Virus record (IMG/VR): IMGVR_UViG_3300020408_000005
Span: 6,502 to 70,501 of that record
DNA length: 64,000 nt
Source of the DNA: a virus
Lineage: Duplodnaviria; Caudoviricetes
Strand: one strand, 5' to 3'
Numbering within the stretch: the stretch's first letter is position 1; each line of letters begins with the position of its first letter. The notes under the pieces were generated by a model. That model saw nothing but the letters and a program-made list of their open reading frames with translations. It was not told where the DNA came from and made no database searches. Both the position numbers and the translations under genes were made by a program. This document shows positions 28,008 through 40,000 of the stretch, one piece after another.

Positions 28008-31000
28008 CGTCGTCGAAGATTTGTGTAGGTGTGAAGTTGTCAACCGTTGTTGCACCGATGTTGACGGTAAGAACAGCAGCAGTTGATAGAACAGGGATTG
28101 CACCGTTAGATGTGATACCAACACGATATTCATCATTTGTATCTGCCTGTGTAGTTCCAGGAGTTTCGTATGTAGCACTGGTTGCTCCACTGATATTATT
28201 CCAACTATTTGTTCCATAATCTTTCTTCTGCCACTGATATGAAAGAGTTCCGTTATTAACGTTAACTGCTGAACCCATATATGGATGATTGCCACATACG
28301 TAATTAAGAGTAGCAGGAGCATCTGATGCAACTGTGATGCTGACACTACGTGTTGTAGCAGCAGCAAATCCTGCTGCGTATGTTGCATAATCTGCAACTT
28401 GATTTCCATTAAGACGATATACAACACCAGTCTCATATCTTTCAGTTCCACCGTATGCGTCTGCATTCTCACTGAAGTAAATTGCGTGAGTAGTATTAGA
28501 TGCGTCATTTTGATTGAACTGATAAGTTGCTCCACGAACAAATGTAAGTGTTGGTGCTTCAGTATTTTGTGTAAACTGACCTCCTGTGAGGTAGTATCCT
28601 TTACCAGATCCTTGATTGTAGTAAGGATGATTTACAGATTTACTATCAACTAAAACTGAGTAAGCAACAACATTAGATATTGTTACTGTTGCTGCAACTT
28701 GGAAGATAGCAGTTTGACCTTGGTTAACAGTAATATTTCTAGGTGCTTCAGTGATTGTTATAAAGTTCTCAATAACTCCTGTTCCACCAGTCTCAGGTAT
28801 AAAGTTAGGATCGTAAATATCAATACCACCATTTAATGCAGGTCCTGTAGGTCCTAAGAAATCATCTGCAACAGTTGTGTTTGCAGTAATTGCAGGTAAT
28901 GTATAACCTTGACCTGCGTTCTTAACATCAATCCTTGCAACACCGACAAGTGCTTTAATACGTCCACCAAATCCTGTTGAAGATATAACATCAACTTGTG
29001 GTCTTGTACTATAACCATCACCAGAGTTTGTTAATATCGCATTAGTAATACGTCCCTTCTCAATCTCAGCAAGTGCAGAAGCATTACGTCCTTTAACTGC
29101 TCCACCGTACTCAAATGTAATTAGAGAGTTAGATGATTCAATAAGAGCAACTGTTCTTGTTTCTTCTTCACCATCAATTCTAAGTTCATCACCTGCTTCA
29201 ATAGGTGGTACAACTGTTGCTGCGATAACGTCAACATCAGAACCAACATAAGAGAATGCAACGAAGGTTGAACCTGCACGAGGAACTTCAGAGAAGATAA
29301 TTCTAGAACCAACAATTTCAAAACCAATTCCAGGTTCCTGTATAACACCATTTAACTGGCATATAATATTATTCTCAGGTAAGATTGTATTTGACTGTAC
29401 ACCATCAGTTAGAGTCAATGAGTAGAATACTCCATTTAACTTCAAGTTGAATGAGTTACGTAATGAGTCAAAGTCGAATGATATATCATCTAATTGTCTT
29501 AACTTACCTTTATATACACCGTGGAATGTTGATCCTATAGCAGGTGCTTCAGTAAATTGTATATTATCTGAGAATGCAGTAAATGCGTAATCAGCACCAG
29601 GTGGTTGTAAGATACCATTTACAAAGATCATCATATGTCCTGCGGGATCTGGGAAGTATTGTGTACCATTTCCTTGAGTTAGTTTGAATGCTTTTTGTAC
29701 ACCATCAAATCCTCTAAAGAATCTACGTACTCTACCTCTCAATGATCTAGCAGATGAACAAGCACCTCTGAAACCATTATCTCCAATAATTTGTGAGTTC
29801 TTCTGGAATGTTCCTTGTGTTCCTTCTAGATGTAAAACAGCACGAGTACCAAACTGTGTAATCTTAGCAATCTTACCATATGCAGTTGTATCTGTTATTG
29901 TGACTGCACCAATAGTTGTATATACAGATGGGAATAGAGTTCCGACTGGTACTTTTGCTAATTGATATTGTGTATTACTTGCAATATCGCTTATTGTCAC
30001 ACCTTCTGGAGTTCCAGTTTCATTTGCAACAAATACATAATTGGTGTTTGTATCAATCTCAGTAACAGTCACTGTCCAACCAATACTAATACCACCAGAT
30101 TGAATTTGTAACACGTCACCAACGTTAAATGTATCACTAACTCCAGTATCAGTAATTAATGCAGTATATGTAAGTCTTGTAATTTGCCTACCGTGTACAT
30201 ATTCACCGAAGTTAGGTAATGTAACGAACGATTCAATCTCAATAATTTGATCAGTAACAGATCCATAGATAACGTCTTGGGGTTTAAACTCTCCAGTTAC
30301 TGTGGAGATGTCGTAAGTGATTCTACCACTCTGATTATCAATTAGAGCACCATTATTGTTTCTAACAATCAAGGCAGTTGCTTTAGATCCAGTATCTTTA
30401 GAGAAAAACTTATCAGTTGCAATAAATTCACCCTGACGGAAGTTAACAAGAATCCTATCGTGCTCGCCAACATATGTACAGGTACCACCAGATGTAACAC
30501 CTTCAATAATGTCACCTGCTGTAAATGTTCCATTATAATCAATTAGTTTAATATATGTCTCGTTATCGGTAGCAAGAACTTTACCAGTATTTGATGTAGC
30601 ACCTTGAACAACAACCATCTCACCATTCTGAATCTTAATACCAGTTCCACCACCTTGTGCAGAGAATGTATTACAGGTCATATACTTTGCCTGATACATA
30701 ACGTCTGCTAAATTATCTTCCATACGAACTATCTGAGCAGTAGCACCAGAGGTTCCACCATAGATAACATCAGCAAGGTTGAAACCTGCTTTGATTGGTG
30801 TTGGTACATCACGTGTTCCAAAAGTTGTAGGTACACGATCTACACCTGGATCTACACTAACAACAAGTGTATGTAATTGTGATGGAGTTCCTGGAGTTAG
30901 AACTATTGGTTCTCCATCAATGTATTCTGTAAGAACTATTTGAGTAGGTGTTGAATTAGGATGGATATAGTAAACTGATCCGTCTAGTTCTGCAATATTA

Positions 31001-34000
31001 GATCCAAGAACAATATACTCAACTCTGTCATATGGTTCAAAGTTATTAGCAACGTTTATAACTCCATTAGAAACAGCAACACCTGCATCAAACTGTGTTC
31101 TTAAGTATGTTGTTGGGAATTCTGAGTATTGTAATGCAACTAATATTAAATGGAATAGTTGATATAACTTATGGCAAGCAGTTGCAGTAGGACGTAATTC
31201 TCTATCAGGATTAGTTCCATCAATAGTGTAAAGAGGTTGGTTAGCAAATGTGCCAGGTTCGGGAGCAGTTCCTTTCAATATATGATCCATCAAGTCTCTA
31301 ATCATCCTTGCGTGATAAAGAAGACGAGTTCTGAATAAGTTTGGATATGCTACGAAATTGCCATCAGCGTCAAACCAAGAATTGATGAGTTGCAGTGTTC
31401 TAGCATTACCATTTGTAATGAAATCATATACAATCGCTTTCTGTATTGGTTCAGCAAACGAAGCATCTCCTGCATAACCTGGATATTGACTTAATGTACT
31501 TTCATATGATTCTAATCTAGTATATGTGTCATTGTACATTAACAATCTTGCAGATTGCTTATACATCTCTGTACCACTTCCAAGACCGTGAAGAAGTATT
31601 TTGAATAGTACGTGTGCAGCAGATGTAACATCGTAACAAGTTCCACCTTTATATACAGTGTTAGTAGTAACAGGTGCAGTTCTAGTTATAGTTGCAAGAT
31701 GACTTCCATTACCCGCTGCTGCTGTGGTAATAGTATTAATAAGTATCTCCCAAAGGGTATTAATGGCAGAACTCTGTGTGGTGCAGTTTCCGTTACCTGC
31801 TGAGTCGTAAGTTATAGTTATGTCACGTCTAATAGCACGTTCACCTGTAAGTGGCCATTCTAGTGGTAGTGTTCTTGTTATACCAGTTAAGTATGCTGTA
31901 GGATTGCTTGTATTTGAACTATCAAAGAGATTAATAGGAATACCCATCAATGAAGCGATAGATGCTGCTTCGTTTACACAACGTGTTTGAGCACCACCTG
32001 TATATACAGATACTGCATTTGCCTGAGCACTTACGAATGAGTGAGCGTAGTTACCTGCTGTTGTAGTTCCTACAAATACTGTAAATGTATTTGTGGTTGT
32101 AGCAGTAATCGGTAAGTTTGCATTTGCAGCAGGGTCTGTGATACGAGGGTAACTATGATTTGTAGCACCACCATCCATAGTGCAAGTAAATACAAGACTA
32201 TTTGTTTTGATTCTAATGCTGTCATTTGTTGTAAATGTATGTCCATTAGATGTAATTCGTAAGTTACCTGATGTTGGGAAATATTCTACATTTGTAGGAG
32301 TTATAGTTGTATTACCAGAACTTTGATCAACGGTAATTGTTCCGTCATATACAGCATTACCTTCAGTTACACCATTTGTAGTAATAATTTCCTGTCTCAT
32401 TACTTGAGTAGCAATATCTCTTGCTTCTTGGAAGATATATTTAACTTCTGCTGCTTGGTTGCTGATATGTTGTATAGCATTACCAACTGTGATGTAGAAC
32501 TCACTTGAATACCACATACGGTTGTTACCACCGTGTTTTAAGTTAAAGACTAATGCTTCAAGTAAATCTACAACGTCATCAACACAAGACTGATAATCAT
32601 AACCACCAGAGAATGCCAATCCTGGGTATTGTGACATACCACGACCAACAGCGGTTGTAGCAATAAATCTTATATTATTCTCAATCTCATTTGCAGCATC
32701 ATAGTAACCATTAGTTGTAGCATTTTCATAATAATCATCTCTTGGTGCTGCTTGTCCTAATCCACCTGTTACTCCTTCATCCTCATAGGGAGTAAACCCT
32801 AAACGGTTTCTGATGGCGAGTATGCACATATCACGTGCTAACTTAAAGGCATAAGTTGTTTCATCAGATTGAGCAGTTACGTGACTTAATCCCAAGTCTG
32901 AATTCAAATATAATGCAGCAGCATCATATGATTCACTATTACCACCAAATCTTAAATCGTGTGCTATAGATTCGATAATATCAACAATATCATCTTCACA
33001 ATTAACCTTACCACCTGGAACTCTGAAACCTTTAGATTGTGCAAAAGATGTCTTAGTTAAAATATCAACTGCTTCACCCGCAATAGTTTTAGCATTCTGT
33101 ACTAAAAGATTAGCAGCATCAAGATCTCTATCAGATCCTGTATATGCTTTAGGATCTATTGTAATAGTCTCATCACGATATACAGGTTCATCTGTGTATA
33201 ACATCTGATAGTAATCAGAGAAATCAAGAGCAACTTGAGCAGGGTTCTCATTTCTACCAATCAATAAACCTTGTATTGCTTTTTGTGCTAACTTCTTAGC
33301 ATATTCAATCGCATCAATCATCGCAAGCAATTCATCTTCAATATAATTGATGTTAGTCTCATTATCGAGATAACTATCAATCATTGCTTGAGTTTCAAAG
33401 TTACCACCTGTAACTAAGTCACCTGCAATGGCAGGAAGTATATGATCTCTAATATCTCTTACACATTTTGCTCTATTAGGTATTGTTAGTTTATTTACTG
33501 TTGAGAAACCAACTTGTATTTGATATTTGTTCTCAATGTAGAATACTGATTCATCAGCGATTGCTTTTCTATTAAAGTAAATTAAATCAGCACCATCTCT
33601 AAATCTATGACCTGTAGGTCCGATAACATCTAGTAGATCATCTACAAGAGTCATAATATCATCTTGTATTGTTTGAGATGCAGGAGATGAGAAGTAATTA
33701 GGAACACGAACCTTAGTTGAGTATGTTCCTTCTAAATTTGTCTCATCTAATGTAATTACATCAATACAAAGTTTTGCAACTTCTCTCCAAGTATAGATTG
33801 ATTGTAATTGCTCACCACCAATATGTTGTAAGGCACCAGATCCTTCAATGTAAGCACGACCAACAATAGTTGTTTGGAAGTTACCACCTGATATAAGGTC
33901 ATCAATAATAGCAGGTATAATATATGATTTTGTATCTCGTAAACAAACATTTGATCCATAACCACTCATACCACCATCACCAGGGATTACGAAATCAGGG

Positions 34001-37000
34001 TATCTATATTTAAGACGACCAACTGCTTCTTCAGCGATGTAATCAATATTTTTCTTTATTATATCAGCACACAATCTATATTCTTCACGACTTAGATCAA
34101 CACCTTCAGTAGTAAGTTCAGAACGCCATAATTCAACTTCATCAGCGTTAGCAGTAGATATTATGTGATTAACGTATGTTGCATATACTGCACTCTTCTC
34201 CATAGGGAATGGTGCTTCGCCAAGAAGTGCGAATGATACGTTTGTACTATCGTTGAAGATAATAGGGGGAGTAAAACTACTATTGTACTGGGAGATTCCT
34301 TTGTAGATTACAAGATTATCAATCCAACCATTGAAAGGATTACCATTATTCCATCCTGCACCAACAGTGATCTTACTATTTGCGTTGTAATTATTTGTAT
34401 CAGTATATGTGCCAACCTCTGAACCATTTACATATAATTTAGTGACACTTGTAGAACGAGATACTGCAATATGATACCAAGTATTGATTGTAGTAATAGC
34501 AGAACTAGCAGTAATTACATCACTTGCTCCAATGGATAAACGAAGTGACTGACCAGACATTAATATACCTAGTTTAGCATCAGATGAAGATTCTCTAAGG
34601 TCAATAAGTCTCTGTACACCAGTAACTGAAGCAGGACGTATCCATAACTCCATTGTATAGTCACCATTAGCAGCATCTGCTCCATCACCAAATAACACAG
34701 CGTTACTTGATGGGAAAGTAACATATGAACCAGATCCAGTAAATCTTAGTGAACCAGTATCAGTTTTAAATGTTAATTTATCTTGAGATACGTTTGCATA
34801 TGTAAGTTTAGAGTTGGTTATTAATTCACCTGCTTGTAATACGCCACTGATTTGTTTTGAGAAGATCCACTTGTTACCTGCATTAGATCCTATGACATCA
34901 TATGTTGCACCAGATGTAATTGCTCTTATAGTATCACCAAATCCAAATTGTCCACCACTTGATTTGTCTTGGTAGGCGTGTTTTGCACAACGTAAAGTCT
35001 CACCATCTACAAAAGCGTAAGGAGGAAGAACACGAGGTACATTAGTAATTGACCATTGATATGTTGCAGGATCTCCACCTGTAGGATCTTCTAGAGTATC
35101 AGTAATGATTCTCATAAAGGATGTTATAGCGTTTGCCTGATTAACACAACTATTAGTGTATCCCGCATATGCAGCAGAAGGTGCAGTCTCAGTTACTGCT
35201 GCTTCAAATGCTGCTACTGTTCCTGGAGATGCAGTTGATCCAAGATTAGTAATCAAAATATTCATTAATGTAGTAATTGCTGATGCAACTGCCTGACAAG
35301 TTGGATTTGCAGGATCAGCAGTTATTGTTAGATCTTTTACTTGATTCCAGTTATGAGATCCTGCTTTAGTCCAAGTATTGTTTCTCATTACCTCAATGGC
35401 AATATCTCTTGCCTTAGTAAAAGCATTTACAATAGTATCTCTATCACCAGATGTTACACCATACTGTAGAGTTTTCTTAGTTGCTTTATAAACAAAGTTA
35501 TTACCACCGTGTGCTAAGTTATAAACCATCGCTTCAAGAACATCAACAATATCAGATAAACAATGAACATCTCCACCTGATACGTTATATCCTGGATTTT
35601 GTGTTTTAGCATAATGTAATGCTTCATATGCAATAAACCATTTATTAGCAAGAATTAGATCTCTTGCGTCACCGTGACTATTGCTTATAACAGCAAACTC
35701 TGCGGTAATAGTAGGATCTCTGTATTGTGGTAAATTTGTTGTATTAGTATTAATTACTTCATTACGAATACACTGAATTGCTAAATCACGTGCTTTATTA
35801 AAGGCATAAATTGTTTGTGCAACTTCACCATCAACGTGATATATTGCATTACCTTGTACATATGTGTTAGCAGCATCCCAGATTTCTGAGTTGCCATCAA
35901 CTTCTAATTGATATGCAACGATATTTAAAATATCTACAATATCATCTTCACAATCTCTATCTCCACCTAATGATGGTACTGTAAATGATGGATAGAATGC
36001 TTTCATCAATCCAACTGCTTCTTCAGCAATGAATCTATCATTCTTTCTTATTAAAACAGCAGCATCAAATGAACGTTGATCGTCTACACCTACTAATGAA
36101 GCATTATCATAGTAGATTTGTTTATTACGTATTGAGTCACCTGCTGCAAATTGTGATCCTGACAGATAATTATACCTAATTTCTTGGTTTCTTACCTCTT
36201 CAAAGTCTAAGAAGTCTTGGTTATTAGCAGTTCCTGCCTCATATAATTCTTCTGGATTGATAACTGTCTCAGAAATATTGTCTAAGATAGTATTTGGATA
36301 TGTAATTGAAGGAACACGTTGGAAAATAAGACCAAAGAATGATGATGGAGGTGATAAATCAACAGTATCAATGATTTGTTGTGATACATCGTCTGTGTAT
36401 GGTGCAATTACAGTAACTCTTGCAGCAATTTTAGATGCAGCAGAGTAAATTGTATCATTAAATCTGATATTAAATTCACCAGTTTCAAATGCAGCAGTAC
36501 CAGATGTACGAGAAACAACTAAATTAGCATCTACAACACCATCTCTAAGGTTATTTTCTTCAATAATTGCAAAATCACCTTGTAAATTTGTAATTCTTTC
36601 ACCTTGCTCATATATTGTCTTACTTGTTATACCATTTACAGCACTTAATACACCATCAAATCCAGTAGATGATGCTAAAACATTGTCATTTATTTGGAAA
36701 CTACCATTCTGATCAATAATATCGATATAATCTACACCAGTATCAATAACAGTTGCAGTTCCTTCATTCTGTAAAGATCTTACAGTCTTACCTGTTGTTG
36801 GGAAAATACCAGATGTTGTACTAAATGTAAATCTTGTGATATTAATTTGAGAGAATGTAAGATTTCTAAACTTAATTCTTGAAGGTGCTTTAGGTGGTTC
36901 AGAAAATACGACAGATGGACCAGATGTTGTGAATGCAGTTCCAGGAGATTGAGCAACACCATTAATAAGAATTAATAATTGATCATCAGTTGCAGTTACA

Positions 37001-40000
37001 GATTCACCTTCCACTGTTAATGCAAATTGTGTCTTAATTCCATTGAAATCAGTTTCAATATTATCTAATTTTTTAACAATAGAAGTTAAGATTTCTTCAG
37101 AGTTAGTAAGTCTTCTTTGTCTGAATAATACTTCAGTGTTATTAAACTCTGTATATATTGGTTGTGAGTTAGCAAAAGAAGTGATTTGATTAATATTAGT
37201 AGCACTAAAGATATTAACTTCTTTAACAAGATCGGATACAACTTTTCTTCCAGATATATCTTTACCTGCTGCAAGTGCCAGTTCACCAAACATATTAAAT
37301 CCAACTGGATGGTTAGTTTCTAAAATACTCTTTCTCCAGTCATTAATAGGAGTTTGTGATTTAATCACATAAGAGAAATTCTGATAGAAGTAACTATCTT
37401 GAATTTTTTGAACAATCTCAGATGGTTTACCAACATCATCAATAAACTGACCAGTGGTAGTTGTCATTGAGTCAATATTCAATGTACCACGAGCAATCGA
37501 TAAGTTATCAATTAAACCAGATGCACGAGATACCTGTGCAGTAACACGCTCTCCAGTTGTCCAAGTTCCAGTGTAATTTTCTAACTTAAGGATTCTAGGT
37601 CCAATCTGCCAACCTTCATTTTCTGATACATATCCTATTGCAGTTGCTGTTTCTAAAGATAAACCTTGATATACGAGTTCTCCTCTTAAGAAACGTGATG
37701 TCTCAACTATAGCAGTTGCTAAACCACCAAATACCTCGGTAAGAAGAATCTGACGACCATCACCTTGAGTTAAGAATGTAATAAAGTTACCAGACTCAGC
37801 ATCAACCTGTGTTAGTGCTATTCTAAGTTGATCTGCCTCAAGTGAATTTGCTTCACCTGCAATAGCATAGTAAGTAGTTGTAGAACTCAAACTAACCAAA
37901 CCTGCTGAACTTGGTTTTGGTAGAATACCAACTGTAGATCCTAAATCTTCTGCTCTAAGTTGAATAGCAGCACCAGTTGTAATACCGTGTGGGAAGTTAA
38001 ACTGTAGATAACCCAAGTCAAGGTTTACAACATAGTTAAATTCTGATTTAAGTGTAACTGTTGGTTCAGAAGAATATCCAGATCCAGGATTCTTAATTAA
38101 AACTTCAGAAAGTCTATTATTTTTGATAATTGCTTCTGCTTCAGCACCTGTTCCACCACCACCTTCAATGACAACTCTAGGAACAGATGTGTAACCAGAA
38201 CCAGGATTGGTAATCTTAATTTCAGATAAAAGAGCAGTATTGAATAGTTGTAAGTTAACTGGGAATGTAATCTCAGGTCTTAAGGTGTAATCGTGAGAAT
38301 AACCAAAACCAAATTCGTTATTTTTAAGTTTCTTAATCTTACCGATACTTGTACCTTGTAAGAATACAGATGCACCAGATCCTTCATTAGGAATTACAAC
38401 TTGTAAATCACCACCAGATCCTTGTAATAAAGATCCTAATATTCCTGGAATTTTATCAATATCAATAGATGCAGTAGTATATCCTTTACCTGGAGATGTT
38501 AATTCAACAGCAGTAATAACACCTGTCAACTCACCATCATCTGAAACTGTAATATTACATAGACCACCTTCACCATCTCCGTCAATAACAACATTATAGT
38601 AAATACCATTAATGTATTCTGTACCACCAGATATGATACGAATCTTCTCAATTTCTCTGTTAGATGCTATATCAGTAACAATAGGTAACTTCTGATAGAA
38701 TCCACCTGGATTTACCAGTTTGATATTTGAAATAGGACCGATTGCTTTAGTAGAAGTTGTGCTATAAGATGCTCTTGAAACTCCTGTTTCAGTTACTCCT
38801 AAAGGAGCATTTGTTTTTTCTGGTTCTACAAGAAGTGGGAATGTAAATTCGGTATCACTTACTATATTATTAATTCTAAATGTACCTTTGTAAGGTGTTT
38901 GTATAACGTCAATAAATGAGACAGGACCAACAGGTGAATTAGATGGAAGAGTTCTTGATGGATCAAAGTAATATGAAATATTAGTAACATCCTCATCAAC
39001 AATAAACTTAACAAGTGGTTTAGGTGATGTTTGATCAGTTAAACCTGGGATACCTTCTCTAACAATGTTTACAAAAGGATATTCCAATTTATATTGGTTA
39101 TCCTTAGAGAATGACATATAATATCCAAAGTTAGATGGATCGTCAAGGTCAAATATGTATTGATGTCCACGAACAAATAATAATTCTGGATGTTTAGCGT
39201 AAATATTAACGTTTGATACTGATGAACTTGCAAATGTAGGATCTTGTACAGCAGTTGATCTTAATCTATATGTAAATGTTCTAGTATCTAATACCTCTTC
39301 TATAAAGAATGATCCACCATATTCTGTAGTAGTAAATCCTTCTACAAATATAATTTCGTTTGCACTAAAATTGTGCTTACTATTAGATACACAGAATACT
39401 AAATCTGTAAATGTTAGTGGACCAGATGGTATTACATCTTTAGCAAGATTAGATGTAAGATGGAATTTCTTAACACCAACTAAACCTGCTATTGTTATAA
39501 TTTTACCAGTTGCATCAAATGTTGCAGATAAACCAACTGCCTGTGCATCAAGAGTATCACCCTTAATAAAGTTTGAATCTGAATATACTGCTTCAATTTT
39601 TATAATGTAATCTTCAGCAACAAATGGTTGCCAAGTAGCAAATTGTCCTAGATTGCCAGTAGAGAATGGAGTATTTGCTAAATCAACATCAAAACTACCT
39701 GCGTCACGAGTATATACCCAGTTAATATTACCATCAGTTACAGTACCAACTGTATGAACTGGAGCAGTAACACCAGAAACTGCTGTAGTTCCTGATGTGT
39801 AAATCTTCCCATCATTATAAACCTCATCACCAACTGTATAAGGATTATTTGTTACCCACTGAGGTATTGTTGTCTCAACTAAAAATGTTTGTGCTATTGT
39901 GTTTCTATCATTTGCACTAGATTTAAGTAATTTTGTAGTATCAAATGTACCGATAATATTACCAATATCAACGCTATCAGTTCCAACATTAACGATAGTA

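Noticed and set aside
27972-28541. 189-aa alternative-frame ORF over the gp7 3' end, a possible frameshift product
   Set aside because: It has the Leu/Gln/Met-rich composition typical of off-frame reading, the main frame encodes coherent domains, and I saw no slippery site.
31120-36080. Free-standing phycobiliprotein genes captured from the host
   Set aside because: The repeats are in frame within the 6603-aa ORF, are highly diverged and lack the N-terminal X/Y helices, so they are domains rather than cpc/apc/cpe genes.
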